NCBI GenBank assembly: GCA_026770705.1
Contig: JANJGN010000036.1
Location: 620,001 to 684,000, forward strand
From: Isurus oxyrinchus
Lineage: Eukaryota
Direction of reading: 5' to 3'
DNA: 64,000 nt
A model generated the notes under the pieces. The model was not told the origin of the DNA, did not search any database, and was given only the letters and a program-made list of their open reading frames with translations. Position numbers and translations under genes: made by a program. Shown one piece after another: positions 62,530-64,000 of this stretch (the stretch's first letter is position 1; each line of letters opens with the position of its first letter).

Positions 62530-63217
62530 AACAAAAACAAAAATACCTGGAAAAACTCAGCAGGTCTGACAGCATCTGTGGAGAGGAACACTGCTGACAT
62601 TTCGATGCGGTATGACTCTTCATCAGAACTAAAAAAACCATAAATGAGGTGGAATATAAGATGGTTGAAAGGCGGTGAGACAGGTAGAGCTGGATAGAGG
62701 GCCAGTGGGGGAAAAGAAGAGATTTCCAAAGGTGTCATAGACAAAAGGACAAAGGTGTCTTGACGGTGGTGATATTAGCTGAGGAATGTGTTATTGATGA
62801 CATTAAGGGTAGAAAGCAGGACGAGCAAGTGGCATATAGCCCTAGTGAGGGTGGGGTGGGGGAAAGGGATCGAAATAGTTTAAAAAGTGGAGATAAATCA
62901 ATGGATGGATATACATTTTAAAATAATGGAAATAGGTGGGAAAAGAAAAAAATATATAGAAAAATATAAAGTATTGGAAAAAAGGGGATCGAAAAGGGTG
63001 TGGGGATGGAGGAGAGAGTTCATGGTCTAAAGTTGTTGAACTGAATATTAAGTACCGAAGGCTGTAAAGTGCTTAGACGGAAGATGAGGTGCTGTTCCTC
63101 GATTTTGCTTTGCGCTTCACTCGAACATTGCAGCAGGACAAGGACGGACATGTGGGCATGAGAGCAGGGTGGAGTGTTAAAATGGCAAGCGACAAGGAGG
63201 TCTGGGTCATGCTTACA
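62530..63217 (-). mobile_element. Penelope-like retroelement 3' fragment (GIY-YIG C-terminus plus terminal repeat)
   Basis: Minus strand reads HDPDLLVACHFNTPPCSHAHMSVL...EEQHLIFRLSTLQPSVLNIQFNNF, followed by the ...gatgctgtcagacctgctgagtttttccagg end. Confidence 0.75.
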
Positions 63218-64000
63218 GAGCTGTCAGCAATTGTTTCAACTCTACAGAGCATCGGGGTATTTTAATGATGTAGTGTTGGATTTGAGCCGATTATCACTGT
63301 CACTGTTCATTGTCATAATTATGTATTCTAAATAAATCAGAGAAGATTTTATAAATGAGTTCCACAAAATATTGCCCGCAAATTTATTCATGGATCATTC
63401 TGCAGGTGAAACTGATTAATTGATATTCAACCCATTTTGGATACCTGTACGACTCAAAATGTTAGTTAATGGACACCAGGTTGAACGGTTTACGTCGGGT
63501 CACGAAATTGCTGGCCCTGGTTTGGAGGTTATACCTTTCAGGAAATATTGAACAGGCTGAGGCTCTTTCCTCTAGAAAAGTGGACAATGAGGGTGTGACC
63601 TGAAAGAGGCCTTTAAAACACAGAGAATATTCCATATTGTAGACGTAAAGAAACGTTTCCACTTTTGTGAGCGGGACCAGAACACTACAGCGGGGCCATC
63701 AGTGTAAGATATTCACGAATATATCCAATGGCGAATTAAGGAGAAACATTTTACCCAGGGAGTGGGGATAATGTGGGACTCATTCCCACAGGGACTTATC
63801 GAGGTGAACCGCAGGGATGGACCGAAGGAGGAAGCTGGATAAGTACATGATGGAGAAAGGAATAGAAGGATATGTCGATGGGGTGGGGTGAAGAGGCGGG
63901 TAGGTGGAAACTAATATCAGCAGGAAGGTTATATTGGAGAAATTAATGGAGCTGAAAGTTGATGAATGCCTGGCACCTTATAATCTGCATCCCAGGCTGA

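Overview
Vertebrate genomic DNA, most likely a cartilaginous fish (inferred from shark-type CR1 and Penelope-like repeats), with five assembly gaps. The window is a tandem cluster of non-rearranging immunoglobulin-superfamily receptor genes that look like antigen-receptor chains (leader, V(J), C1, Cys-containing stalk/TM, cytoplasmic tail with one tyrosine motif). I reconstructed the exons by hand from GT/AG sites and intron phases, then cross-checked them between paralogues. The gene names A, B and C are my own labels. A three-gene cassette [C-type pseudogene (+), A-type gene (-), B-type gene (+)] occurs three times. Cassettes 1 (about 1-24.6 kb) and 3 (about 41.7-64 kb) each carry a head-to-head A/B pair with open reading frames: A1 344 aa, B1 300 aa, A3 342 aa (needs a weak leader donor) and B3 293 aa. 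Cassette 2 (about 24.6-41.5 kb) is decayed, and a deletion removed both ectodomains and the shared promoter. B chains have a germline-joined J motif (FGNGSQLV) and a TLYARL tail motif. A chains have a degenerate J, extra V-domain cysteines and a YASL tail motif. The best interpretation (inference) is a TCR/Fab-like, disulfide-linked, probably inhibitory A/B heterodimer related to the PRARP/VJ-C1 non-rearranging receptor family, here expanded and diversified. The remainder is decayed LINEs (Vingi-like, CR1, Penelope-like, Tx1-like), a solo LTR and simple repeats.
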